Of a stretch of DNA of 64,000 nt, positions 1-12,000 are shown piece by piece. Position 1 is the first letter of the stretch, and every line of letters starts with the position of its first letter. The notes beneath the pieces were generated by a model. The model was given only the letters and a program-made list of their open reading frames with translations, did not search any database and was not told where the DNA came from. The position numbers and the translations under genes were made by a program. The stretch covers positions 11,594,001-11,658,000 of the forward strand of contig CM022676.1 of the NCBI GenBank assembly GCA_012295275.1. The letters are read 5' to 3'. Origin of the DNA: Chrysomallon squamiferum (Eukaryota > Animalia > Mollusca).

Positions 1-10
1 CTTGTTTCAG

Positions 11-92
11 CACTACTTAAGAGCTGTAGCTAATCCTGACCAGTCGCTCAGTGACAACTGTTTCAAGTTTGCAATCTCTTCATCTGACTCAG
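11..92 (+). CDS. BACE1: Beta-secretase (BACE)-like aspartic protease, internal exon (third from last)
   Basis: ttcag acceptor ending at 10, GT donor at 93. Encodes HYLRAVANPDQSLSDNCFKFAISSSDS, resembling human BACE1 [26 protein letters not shown]. Ends in phase 1 and joins the next exon in frame. Confidence 0.85.
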
Positions 93-269
93 GTACATTT
101 ATCCCATTCCAAACCACTAACAGTGCCTACATTCACAACCACACTGTTTTTCATCTTTGTTTTCATTACAAAGTCACCTCTTTCATAAATAGTGTTCTTT
201 ATTTCTGTTTTGTTTTTAAAAAATTTATTTGAGTTGATACAGTTTTTAGTTGAATTGTGCTGTAAAGTC

Positions 270-518
270 TGTGTTCTGGTTAATACTGAAAACTGATGTT
301 TTAATAGACTGGTGTGTGGTTAATACTGAAAACTGATGTTTTAATAGACTGGTGTGTGGTTAATACTGAAAACTGATGTTTTAATAGATTGGTGTGTGGT
401 TAATACTGAAAACTGATGTTTTAATAGACTGGTGTGTGGTTAATACTGAAAACTGATGTTTTAATAGACTGGTGTGTGGTTAATACTGAAAACTGATGGT
501 TTAATAGACTGGTGTGTT
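270..518. repeat. 40-bp intronic minisatellite (~6 copies)
   Basis: Unit ggtgtgtggttaatactgaaaactgatgttttaatagact, ending about 15 nt before the acceptor at 532. Confidence 0.9.
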
Positions 519-532
519 ACTTTGATTTGCAG

Positions 533-682
533 GCTCAGTTCTAGGAGCAGTTTTCATTGAAGGGTTTTATGTTGTGTTTGACAGAGAAAATGAAAAAATT
601 GGATTCGCTAAGACAACCTGCAAGCGACAACCTTACTATTATTCACTGATAGGTGCTTTTGTTGAAGGCCCCTTTACTTCAG
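533..682 (+). CDS. BACE1: BACE-like protease, penultimate exon
   Basis: ttgcag acceptor, gtacac donor. Encodes [30 protein letters not shown]...AFVEGPFTS, matching BACE1 [30 protein letters not shown]...AAVEGPF. Confidence 0.92.
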
Positions 683-865
683 GTACACTGCAGTATCTTT
701 GTAACATGTTACCCAGTATCTTCGGTACATGTTACATAGTTTCTTTAATAACATGTTACTCGGACTATCTTTATAAAAAGTTACATAGTATATTTTATAA
801 CAAGTTACATAGTTTCTTTAATAACATGTTACATAATATATTTACAAATATTTTAATGTTTAAAG

Positions 866-1310
866 ATGTAGGAGATATTTACAAACATGTAAAATGTTTA
901 TAGGAGATATTTACAAACACATAAAATGTTTATAGAAGTAAGAGATATTTACAAACACACAAAGTGTTTATAGGAGATATTTATAAACACATAAAATGTT
1001 TATAGAAGTAGGAGATATTTACAAACACAAAATGTTTATGAGATATTTACAAATATGTAAAATGTTTATAGGAGATATTTACAAACAAAATGTTTACAGA
1101 AGTAAGAGATATTTACAAACACATAAAATGTTTATAGGAGATATTTACAAATACATAAAATGTTTATAGAAGTAGGAGATATTTACAAACACAAAATGTT
1201 TATAGAAGTAGGAGATATTTACAAACACAAAATGTTTATAGAAGTAGGAGATATTTACAAACACATAGAATGTTTACAGGAGATATTTACAAACATGTAA
1301 ACTGTTTGCA
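866..1310. repeat. ~32-38-bp intronic minisatellite running into the BACE last-exon acceptor
   Basis: Unit ggagatatttacaaacacataaaatgtttata(gaagta), about 12 copies. The last copy grades into aaactgtttgcag. Confidence 0.88.
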
Positions 1311-1311
1311 G

Positions 1312-1523
1312 GTGCAGACCTGTCAGAGTGTGCGTACAAGAAGATAGAGAGAGGTTATGTGATGACGTTGGTGGTTGCCTACGTGATGGCCGCTGTGTGC
1401 GTGTTGGGCTTCGTGCCGCTGCTTGTCATGGTGGTCTACTACAAAGTTCAGCAGTACAGATGCAAGTCTGAGACAGACATCCGTCCGGACTCGGAGAATC
1501 TGGTTGAGGAACGTCCACCATGA
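1312..1523 (+). CDS. BACE1: BACE-like protease, last exon (transmembrane helix and cytoplasmic tail)
   Basis: tttgcag acceptor. Encodes GADLSECAYKKIERGYVMTLVVAYVMAAVCVLGFVPLLVMVVYYKVQQYRCKSETDIRPDSENLVEERPP then TGA at 1521-1523. AYVMAAVC parallels BACE1 AYVMAAIC. Confidence 0.9.
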
Positions 1524-1656
1524 CGTCATTAAAACTGTTTTTTGGGGGGTTTTTAGGGGTGTGGTTTTTATTCTTCCCTTGATTTCCTTTAATGAAATCT
1601 GTATTCAGTATTATCACTATTATTATTATTTATTTTATTATTATTAGTGTTATTAT

Positions 1657-1691
<35 letters not shown>

Positions 1692-1727
1692 CCTCCCTTG
1701 ATTTTCTTGAGTGAAATCTGTACTCAA

Positions 1728-1824
<97 letters not shown>

Positions 1825-2830
1825 CCCTATTTATTAATTATTGGTGATTTGGAAGGTAAAGAAGTAAATATTTGTTCATTTTCTTACAAAGAAGGAAGAT
1901 GAATATGTTATATCACCATGGTAACGCACAGTAGTTTGTTGCTATGACAATAATCAAGTGCCTTTTTTTATGATGTGTTTTTTTTTTTTCGTTTGCTTGT
2001 TATTTTTATTACTATTTATTATCATTTTATTATTTATTTGTTTTTGAGTTGTCTTCTTGCATAATGTGCTGTCTCAGTGTTCAAACTTTATTTGTAAAAT
2101 CAATGTGTAACTAACCTGCTGTGCAATAATAAAAATAATAAAAGTTGTGAGAGATAAACAAGAAAACACATCTGACAAATCAGAAACAAACAAAAATAAA
2201 TTAGTAATTAAATAAAATAAAAAAAGCAACAAATTAACAAAGAAGCAAAAAATAAACAAAAAAATAAATAAATAAAAGCAACAACAAACAAATAAATAAA
2301 TAAGTTGAAGTGTTTATAGCTAAATGTTTTATACATTTTGAAATGTATTTATTCTGTTTGTGGTGAAGTGTACTAATTTTCTGTTAATACTGTGAACAGC
2401 TTAAAGAGGATAAAACAAAAGTTTTAAAAGTTCAGAAAAGAGCAGATGACAACAAACTGTAAAGTGAAACCTCAGAATTTTTTTAAAATTTTCGACTCCA
2501 TGACTGGGTATTGGTAGGAGTAACAGAAAAATCACATTTTTCTTCTTTCTTTCTTTTTTTTTTTTTTTTTTTCTTTTGTTTTTCACTGGTTACCATGACA
2601 GCTTTCTTTAGTCACCGTTTGTATATTTCTAATTGGAAAAAAAGAAAGATCTAAAACAGAAATTATGAACTTTTACTTCAACTCAGGAACCTAATGTATT
2701 TATTTAGTCAGTGCCTTAAACGATTGTCAGCCATGTTAGGTAAACAGGTAGAGTGCTACACAGAATCTTTTATTGATCTGTGATCTGTTTATAAATATGT
2801 GTTAGTGCAAGAGATGACACAGGTAATTAC

Positions 2831-3835
2831 AAACATTGTTTTATGATTTAACTAGATCAGTGAAGTATACTGAATACAATAGTACAAGATATGATATAGT
2901 TTACTTATAAACATTGTTTTATGATTTAACTAGATCAGTGAAGTATACTGAATACAATAGTACAAGATATGATATAGTTTACTTATAAACATTGTTTTAT
3001 GATTTAACTAGATCAGTGAAGTATACTGAATACAATAGTACAAGATATGATATAGTTTACTTATAAACATTGTTTTGTGATTGAACTAGATCAGTGAAGT
3101 GTATGAATACAATAGTACAAGATATGATATAGTTTACTTATAAACATTGTTTTGTGATTTAACTAGATCAGTGAAGTATATGAATACAATAGTACAAGAT
3201 ATGATATAGTTGTAAACATTGTTTTATGATTTAACTAGATCAGTGAAGTATACTGAATACAATAGTACAAGATATGATATAGTTTACTTATAACATTGTT
3301 TTGTGATTTAACTAGATCAGTGAAGTATATGAATACAATAGTACAAGATATGATATAGTTGTAAACATTGTTTTATGATTTAACTAGATCAGTGAAATAC
3401 TGAATACAATAGTACAAGATATGATATAGTTGTAAACATTGTTTTATGATTTAACTAGATCAGTGAAGTATACTGAATACAATAGTACAAGATATGATAT
3501 AGTTTACTTATAAACATTGTTTTATGATTTAACTAGATCAGTGAAGTATAATGAATACAATAGTACAAGATATGATATAGTTGTAAACATTGTTTTATGA
3601 TTTAACTAGATCAGTGAAGTATACTGAATACAATAGTACAAGATATGATATAGTTTACTTATAAACATTGTTTTATGATTTAACTAGATCAGTGAAGTAT
3701 AATGAATACAATAGTACAAGATATGATATAGTTTACTTATAAACATTGTTTTATGATTTAACTAGATCATTGAAAATGAATACAATAGTACAAGATATGA
3801 TATAGTTTTTATAAACATTGTTTTAACAAGATCAG
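2831..3835. repeat. ~78-bp minisatellite (~13 copies) downstream of the BACE stop
   Basis: aaacattgttttatgatttaactagatcagtgaagtatactgaatacaatagtacaagatatgatatagtttacttat starts at 2831 and again at 2909. Shorter variants lack part of the tttactta segment. Confidence 0.92.
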
Positions 3836-3990
3836 TTTGACTGGAGGGTGATATTTGACTGTGGGGGGTGATGGGTGGGTATTTGACTGGAGGGTGATGG
3901 GTGGGTATTTGACTGGAGGGTGATGGGTGGGTATTTGACTGTGGAGGGTGATGGGTGGGTATTTGACTGTGGAGGGTGATGGGTGGGTAT
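3836..3990 (+). repeat. G-rich ~26-28-bp minisatellite with G-quadruplex potential
   Basis: Unit tttgactg(tg)gagggtgatgggtgggta, about 6 copies, mostly with three GGG tracts per unit. Confidence 0.8.
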
Positions 3991-4964
3991 ATCAAGAAGC
4001 ACTGATTTAGAAAATTACACAACAAACCATTTCTTACAAGTAAAAATTTATGTATTTAAAGTTTTCAAATTAAATTTACTAAAATTCGGATATTATTTTA
4101 CTAAATCTAACAATAGTTTACTAATTTCTGTGAATCAAACATGTATCTAGTCACAGAGTGTTTATTTTGTGTAAAGCACTTTGCTAATTACACTCTTTGA
4201 ATGTTTTGTGTAGTAAGATACAAGACTAAATGAGTAGACTGTTAACAGCTGTATTTCAGTGTACAAGACTAAATGAGTAGACTGTTACAACTGTATTTCA
4301 GTGTGTTGAAAACTTGTTTAAATTTTTCTGTGTTTATCACTAATTTGAGTTTCGAACTGAAACATGCCAACACATTGAACCAGATAACTCAGATTTTTCA
4401 TCAGATTTTAAATATAAATTTATAAAACTAAATTTTTTGTTTTCAAATTTAAGTTGTGTTACATAATTTTGAGGGATTATAATTTGTTAATTTTTTTGTT
4501 TTAAATGTGTAATTGTTTCAGAAAGCTTTGTCTATGGTTTTGTGCTGTAGAGCTAAGACTTTGTTAAATTGTTTTATATGTGTTTCAGTTTTTGTAAGTA
4601 ACAACAAATCTGTAAAACTTTGTACAAACTTCTTACAACTTTTCTCTAGTAGAAAATGTTCTTTATTAAAAAATTAAAAATTGAAAGTTAAAACCACTTT
4701 TTTGTTTGTTTTCGTGATCCTGTTTGTGGTTTCAAATGGTTTTTAAAATATTTATTTGCGTTTAGTTTATTTAAATTTTTGTGTGTTTAAATAAATTAAG
4801 GTTTGCTTTATGTTTCTTTGATTAGCTGCTTTGTTTTGTTAATTTTGTTTTTCAGATTTTACTTGTTATGACTGAGGTTGGTGGTAAAAGAGAAATCAAA
4901 TACATTTAAGTAATAATAATTAGATATTAATTAATACTGAGCTTATTTCACTGTATGTTATATC

Positions 4965-5225
4965 AGAATTGTTTCTGTGTATAAGTAATATCAAGTTTAT
5001 TTCTGTGTATAAGTAATATCAAGTTTATTTTTGTGTATACTAAGTAATATCAAGTTTATTTCTATGTACACTAAGTAATATCAAGTTTATTTCTGTGTGT
5101 GTGTATACTGATGTTAATTTTATTTCTGTGTGTGTATATATTGATATTAATTTTATTTCTGTGTACACTAAGTGACATCAAGTTTATTTTTGTGTATACT
5201 AAGTGATAACAAGTTTATTTCACTG
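4965..5225. repeat. Degenerate ~28-32-bp tandem repeat
   Basis: aagtaatatcaagtttatttctgtgtat(ac) repeated with decay. Confidence 0.7.
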
Positions 5226-6316
5226 TAAGTTATATCAGAATTATTTCACTCTAAACAGTGATATCAACTTTATATTAATGAATAGTAAGTGAAATCAATT
5301 TCATTTCTGTGTATATTAAATATTTTATACCAAGTAATACTGAATTTATTTTATATTGAGTTTATTTGAGTGTATTTGATATATAGGTTTTGAAATGTAT
5401 ACTGAATGATATCCACTTTATATTAATGTACACTATTGATATCAAATTTATTTCATAGTATTGTTACAGGATCTTTGTTACTGGGTTCAGAAATTCATAG
5501 CTAAACACAGCATTGTAGGGATTGTCATAGAGTACCCACTGTATTATTCTGTACCCATTTGTACCATGCTATACAATACAAAACACACCACTGTGTGTGT
5601 GAGTGTGTGTGAGAAAAACCATCTCCCTCATGGTGAGTGGTTATTTCGTTTTGTTTGTGTTACATCCATTTCCAAAAAACATTAAATATTTGTGTTTCTT
5701 CAAACGGGAACAGCATTCTTTTCATCTGCCCCTAAATAGGATTAATTAGTCTCGAAAGTGATAATAATAACAGACATACAGACCTTCGTAAAATAATACG
5801 TACTGTTCTTTGTCATCTGATTCAAACACGTTATTACCTCCCTTTATTTACATGCTATAATGAATTGATGTGTTAAAACAACCCAATGAAGGAAAGACAA
5901 ACAAATTTCTTTGTTTTGAACTTTTTATTTCAAGTAAGAAAACAGAAGAGGAAAAGAAAACAAAATTTAAAAAAAAAAAAAAAACAGAATAAATTAATAA
6001 AATTGTTTTCAGAAAACGACAGAAATAAAAAAAAAACAAACATACTGCACTGTTTTCAAAACTTTTCATAAATAAATAAATAATGCGAGTGATTTTTAGA
6101 AAATCTGGTTTGATTAAGGAAATGAACGACATTCGCTGGCTCACAGAACTGACACTTTTTTTTCTTCTTTTTCCTTTTTTTTTTTTTTTTTTTTTTTTTA
6201 ACAATATGCACTTTTTTTCTCTAAATCTTTCTCTCTCTTTCTTTCTCTCAATCTCTTTCATTCCATTCTTGTCCTGACAAAGCCAGTTAACGCAGTGGAG
6301 AGGGCGAGTCACGTGT

Positions 6317-6660
6317 TCAGATGGTGATGATGGAGTCGAAGGAGTCGAGGCTGATCTCCGAGTTGTTTCTGTGCTTCTCGTCGACGAGGTTGGCGATGTC
6401 GGACTTGCCCATGTTGCGCAGCGCCCGGCAGAGCACGTCAACGGCGACGTCGCGCCGGTTCTTCAGCCGCCGCTTCCAGTACATGAGAATCTTGTACGTC
6501 ACGTCCGCCATGCCCATTCCGTTTGATATGGCGTCGAAACCGAGGCCGGTGATCGTGCTGTCGGGAAGGTCAAGGTGAACGGCTAACGTGAGGCCTTCCG
6601 GAACAACTTTAGAGAGACTCATCAAACTTCTTCCCGTGAGCACGCGGGACTCTTTTTCAA
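6317..6660 (-). CDS. ZU5/death-domain protein (DTHD1/PIDD-like), exon 7: C-terminal death domain
   Basis: Acceptor CAG at 6663-6661, phase 1. Encodes VEKESRVLTGRSLMSLSKVVPEGLTLAVHLDLPDSTITGLGFDAISNGMGMADVTYKILMYWKRRLKNRRDVAVDVLCRALRNMGKSDIANLVDEKH..., which fits the death-domain pattern (LAxHL, ILxxW, LxxALxxMGxxDIA). Stop at 6319-6317. Confidence 0.88.
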
Positions 6661-6663
6661 CTG

Positions 6664-6694
<31 letters not shown>

Positions 6695-6915
6695 ACAAAT
6701 AAATAACAGGAATAGTAGTGGGGGTGAAGTAGTAGAAAATTGTATTGATGTTTATAGGATACATACACAAAGACACACACGCACATACATATATGTATGT
6801 ATATATGTAGTTGGTTCTTGTGATGCTTTTACTAACAGAGTAGTGTTTAGAAATCGAACCCGTTGTACTTAGTTTATTTTATATTTTATCTGTATTTGTG
6901 TGTCTGTGTGTTTAC

Positions 6916-7718
6916 CTGTTTTTGTTCGTCTCGGACAGCGGGTCAGTCGCTCGGTGACCTCCAGTGAGATCTGTTTCTGCGTCTTGCCGGGCAGCACGTC
7001 AGTTCTCAGCGCCACCTGGGGCCGGATCTGCACGTTCGCGCTCAAACTCAGCCTCGTCCTGCGAGCACTGGGCGCGGGTTGCGTCACTTCCTCTGTGGGC
7101 TTCACTTCCGGTGGCTTCTCTTCATCTTTCGGCTTGAAGTACTCTTTGACCGCGTCCTCGCTGATCTCCAGGTTGAAAACGAGGCTGTCGCCCGAAACGA
7201 CGACGTCGTCTTCCTGCACCGGCGTCAACTCGACCACGCCTATCAGCGCCTTCTCCTCGTTGTTGCTCGGCTCGATGGCGAACTGCCGGTAACTCTCCGG
7301 CACTTGCTTCAGAAACTGCAGCACCCGGTTATCATGGTAATCGCTGTGGAAACTGGCCTTGACGTCATTCTCGATGTGGATCTCCCACCGCTGTCCGTCC
7401 TGCAGCTCCAGACAGTCCGAGCTCCGCGTCTGCTTCCGTCCCCTCACCCCTCGCTTGCTGAACGGCTTCTCATCGTCTTCGTCGTCATCGACGTTTGCGT
7501 ATCTCTTGACGACGACGTAGCCGCTGGACGTGCGTTTGCTGATCCGCGACTCCGCCGTCTGCTGCAGAAAGGCTTCCACCGTCAGCGTCCACGTCTTCTC
7601 CTCCACTGACAGGAACACGACCACCTCGCCCTTCTCGCGTGATATCTCCTTTTCCACGACGGACACGGCGTGAGGCATCGCCCTCAGCCTGTCTGGCTTC
7701 ATCTGACAGACACAGAAC
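6916..7718 (-). CDS. ZU5/death-domain protein, exon 6 (end of ZU5-b, UPA-like region, linker)
   Basis: Acceptor gttacag (CAG at 7721-7719) gives HLSR-FCVCQMKPDRL in frame with the phase-2 upstream exon. Donor GTAAAC at 6915. Long GC-rich open frame. Confidence 0.85.
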
Positions 7719-8070
7719 CTGTAACATCAAAGTAACAAAACCTGTAACATCATCGAAGTAACAAAACGTGTAACAAAACACACACAGAGAGAGAGATATG
7801 CATGTATGTATCTGACAGACACAAAACCTGTAACATCAAAGTAACAAAACCTGTAACATCATCAAAGTAACAAAACCTGTAACATCATCGAAGTAACAAA
7901 ACCTGTAACAAAACACACACACAGAAATATATATATATGTATGTATGTATCTGACAGACACAAAACCTGTAACAAAACACACATAGAGATATATATATGT
8001 ATGTATGTATCTGACAGACACAAAACCTGTAACATCAAAGTAACAAAACCTGTAACCACATCAGTGTAAC
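7719..8070. repeat. Intronic repeat made of duplicated copies of the exon-6 acceptor junction
   Basis: tctgacagacacaaaacctgtaac (minus strand gttacag|GTTTTGTGTCTGTCAGA) recurs at ~7811, 7950 and 8010. The shorter aaaacctgtaac occurs about 8 times. Confidence 0.85.
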
Positions 8071-8404
8071 AAAAACACACACACACACGTACAAATATAT
8101 ATTTATGTATTTATGTATGTATGCATGTGTATGTGTGTGTGTATATGTGCATATATAATTGTTATACACACACACTCTCACACGTACCACAGAAATATAA
8201 ACTCATTCACAAAAAAAAAAAACAACGTACATTCATACGCATACACTAACAAACACATACATACATCATCAAATACATATATACATACACACACATTAAC
8301 ATACACATACACACACACATGTATAGACACACACGCATGTACATAGATCCACAAATACACACGCCCGCACACACGCACACACTTATTCATGTAAGTATTC
8401 ATAC

Positions 8405-8697
8405 CTTGACAAGTGTTTGACATCAAAAGACACGGAATTTCTGGAAAACTTGTAGTGCGACTCCACCACCCTCCAGCCCCCCTCCTCCGTCCTGCTCAGC
8501 ACCACGACGTCGTTGGAGTCGTCGCCGTCAAGCTCGACGCCCGCCGGAAGCGGAAGTTTGACGGTGGCGGCGCGTCTGAAGTTGGGCTGCACGTTGGGCA
8601 GGAAGTCGATGAACTCGGACAGCCGCAGCAGATTGTGACACTCGAGCGCGAACTGGCGCGCGATGTCGTCCAGCCTGTTCACTGACACCGGCTCAAT
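8405..8697 (-). CDS. ZU5/death-domain protein, exon 5 (second ZU5)
   Basis: ttgcag acceptor, phase 0; GTATGA donor, phase 2. Encodes IEPVSVNRL...FRRAATVKLPLP...VVVLSRTEEGGW...VSFDVKHLS, a typical ZU5 second half. Confidence 0.87.
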
Positions 8698-9062
8698 CTG
8701 CAACACAAAGCGTCAAACACAGCGTTAAACACAGCGTTACGTTTACACACAGCGTTACACTTGAACACAGCTTTACATGTAGACAGTTTTACATTTAAAT
8801 AGTTTTATATTTAAACACAGCTTTACATTGGAACATCCTAGTTCTATCTACAAAACAGTTTTTACATTTAAACCGTTTTACATTTAAACATCCTAGTTCT
8901 ATCTATAAAAAACAATTTTACATTTAAACATCCAAGTTCTATCTATAAAACACTATTTTACATTTAAACACACAGTTTACCCATTTTTCATCACTTTTTG
9001 ATCGGAGACTGAATTACTAATCAACAGATTCCATCTAAACAAGACAACATTATTTTATACAA

Positions 9063-12000
9063 TACCTGGATGTTCTGAGACTACGTTTTACATTGGATGA
9101 TCTGTGACTACGTTTTACATTGGATGTTCTGTGACTACGTTTTACATTGGATGTTCTGTGACTACTTTTAACATCTTTGAATATTGGATGTTCCTGCAGA
9201 GAACACTGGATGTTCTGTGACTTTTCACATTAGATGTTCTGTGACTACTTTTTACATTGGATGTTCTGTTACTACTTTTAACATCTGTGAATATTTTGTT
9301 CCGTACCTGCAGAGAACACTGGATGTTCTATGACTACGTTTTACATTGGATGTTCTGTGACTACGTTTTACATCTGTGAATATTTTGATGTTCTGAGAAC
9401 ACTGTGACTGTTTTTTTTAACATTTTTTGAATATTTTGTTTGAATATTTTGCAGAGAACACTGGATGTTCTGTGACTACCTGCAGAGAACACTGGATGTT
9501 CTATGACTACGTTTTTGTTCTGTGACTACGTTTTTTTGTTTCTGTGACTACGTTTTACATCTGTGAATATTTTGTTCCGTACCTGCAGAGAACACTGGAT
9601 GTTCTGTGACTACGTTTTACATTGGATGTTCTGTGACTACGTTTTACATCTGTGAATATTTTGTTCCGTACCTGCAGAGAACACTGGATGTTCTGTGACT
9701 ACGTTTTACATTGGATGTTCTGTGACTACGTTTTACATCTGTGAATATTTTGTTCCGTACCTGCAGAGAACACTGGATGTTCTGGATGTTTTACATTGTG
9801 ACTACGTTTTACATTGGATGTTCTGTGACTACGTTTTACATTGGATGTTCTGTGACTACGTTTTACATTGGATGTTCTGTGACTACGTTTTACATCTGTG
9901 AATATTTTGTTTCGTACCTGCAGAGAACACTGGATGTTCTGTGACTACGTTTTACATTGGATGTTCTGTGACTACTTTTTACATTGGATGTTCTGTTACT
10001 ACGTTTTACATCTGTGAATATTTTGTTTGGATACCTGCAGAGAACATTTTGGATGTTCTGTGGACTACGTTTTACATTGGATGTTCTGTGACTACGTTTT
10101 ACATTGGATGTTCTGTGACTACGTTTTACATCTGTGAATATTTTGTTTCGTACCTGCAGAGAACACTGGATGTTCTGTGACTACGTTTTACATTGGATGT
10201 TCTGTGACTACTTTTTACATCTGTGAATATTTTGTTTCGTACCTGCAGAGAACACTGGATGTTCTGTGACTACGTTTTACATTGGATGTTCTGTGACTAC
10301 TTTTTACATCTGTGAATATTTTGTTTCGTACCTGCAGAGAACACTGGATGTTCTGTGACTACGTTTTACATTGAATGTTTTGTTTTCGTACCTGCAGAGA
10401 ACACTGGATGTTCTGTGACTACGTTTTACATCTGTGAATATTTTGTTTCGTACCTGCAGAGAACACTGGATGTTCTGTGACTACGTTTTACATCTGTGAA
10501 TATTTTGTTTCGTACCTGCAGAGAACATTGGATGTTCTGTGACTACGTTTTACATCTGTGAATATTTTGTTTCGTACCTGCAGAGAACACTGGATGTTCT
10601 GTGACTACGTTTTACATCTGTGAATATTTTGTTTCGTACCTGCAGAGAACACTGGATGTTCTGTGACTACGTTTTTACATCTGTGAATATTTTGTTTCGT
10701 ACCTGCAGAGAACACTGGATGTTCTGTGACTACGTTTTACATCTGTGAATATTTTGTTTCGTACCTGCAGAGAACACTGGATGTTCTGTGACTACGTTTT
10801 ACATCTGTGAATATTTTGTTTCGTACCTGCAGAGAACACTGGATGTTCTGTGACTACGTTTTACATCTGTGAATATTTTTTTCATACCTGCAGAGAAATG
10901 GATGTTTGTTTCGTACCTGTACCAGAGAGAACACTGGATGTTCTGTGACTACGTTTTACATCTGTGAATATTTTGTTTTCGTACCTGCAGAGAACACTGG
11001 ATGTTCTGTGACTACGTTTTACATCTGTGAATATTTTGTTTCGTACCTGCAGAGAACACTGGATGTTCTGTGACTACGTTTTACATCTGTGAATATTTTG
11101 TTTCGTACCTGCAGAGAACACTGGATGTTCTGTGACTACGTTTTACATCTGTGAATATTTTGTTTCGTACCTGCAGAGAACACTGGATGTTCTGTGACTA
11201 CGTTTTACATCTGTGAATATTTTGTTTCGTACCTGCAGAGAACACTGGATGTTCTGTGACTACGTTTTACATCTGTGAATATTTTGTTTCGTACCTGCAG
11301 AGAACACTGGATGTTCTGTGACTACATCTGTGAATATTTTTACATCTGTGAATATTTTGTTTCGTACCTGCAGAGAACACTGGATGTTCTGTGACTACGT
11401 TTTACATCTGTGAATATTTTGTTTCGTACCTGCAGAGAACACTGGATGTTCTGTGACTACGTTTTACATCTGTGAATATTTTGTTTCGTACCTGCAGAGA
11501 ACACTGGATGTTCTGTGACTACGTTTTACATCTGTGAATATTTTGTTTCGTACCTGCAGAGAACACTGGATGTTCTGTGTTTTACATCGTTTCGTACCTG
11601 CAGAGAACACTGGATGTTTTGACTACGTTTTACATCTGTGAATATTTTGTTTCACTGGATGTTCCTGCAGAGAACACTGGATGTTCTGTGACTACGATTT
11701 TACATCTGTGAATATTTTGTTTCGTACCTGCAGAGAACACTGGATGTTCTGTGACTACGTTTTACATCTGTGAATATTTTGTTTCGTACCTGCAGAGAAC
11801 ACTGGATGTTCTGTGACTACGTTTTACATCTGTGAATATTTTGTTTCGTACCTGCAGAGAACACTGGATGTTCTGTGACTACGTTTTACATCTGTGAATA
11901 TTTTGTTTCGTACCTGCAGAGAACACTGGATGTTCTGTGACTACGTTTTACATCTGTGAATATTTTGTTTCGTACCTGCAGAGAACACTGGATGTTCTGT

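Noticed and set aside
6900-7609. Plus-strand ORFs of 130 and 176 aa
   Set aside because: Antisense shadows of the GC-rich coding exon 6; no independent splice or domain evidence.
7700-7705. Alternative exon-6 acceptor immediately before ATG 7702 (ORF-track start)
   Set aside because: It is phase 0, incompatible with the phase-2 end of exon 5; the acceptor at 7719 restores HLSRF.
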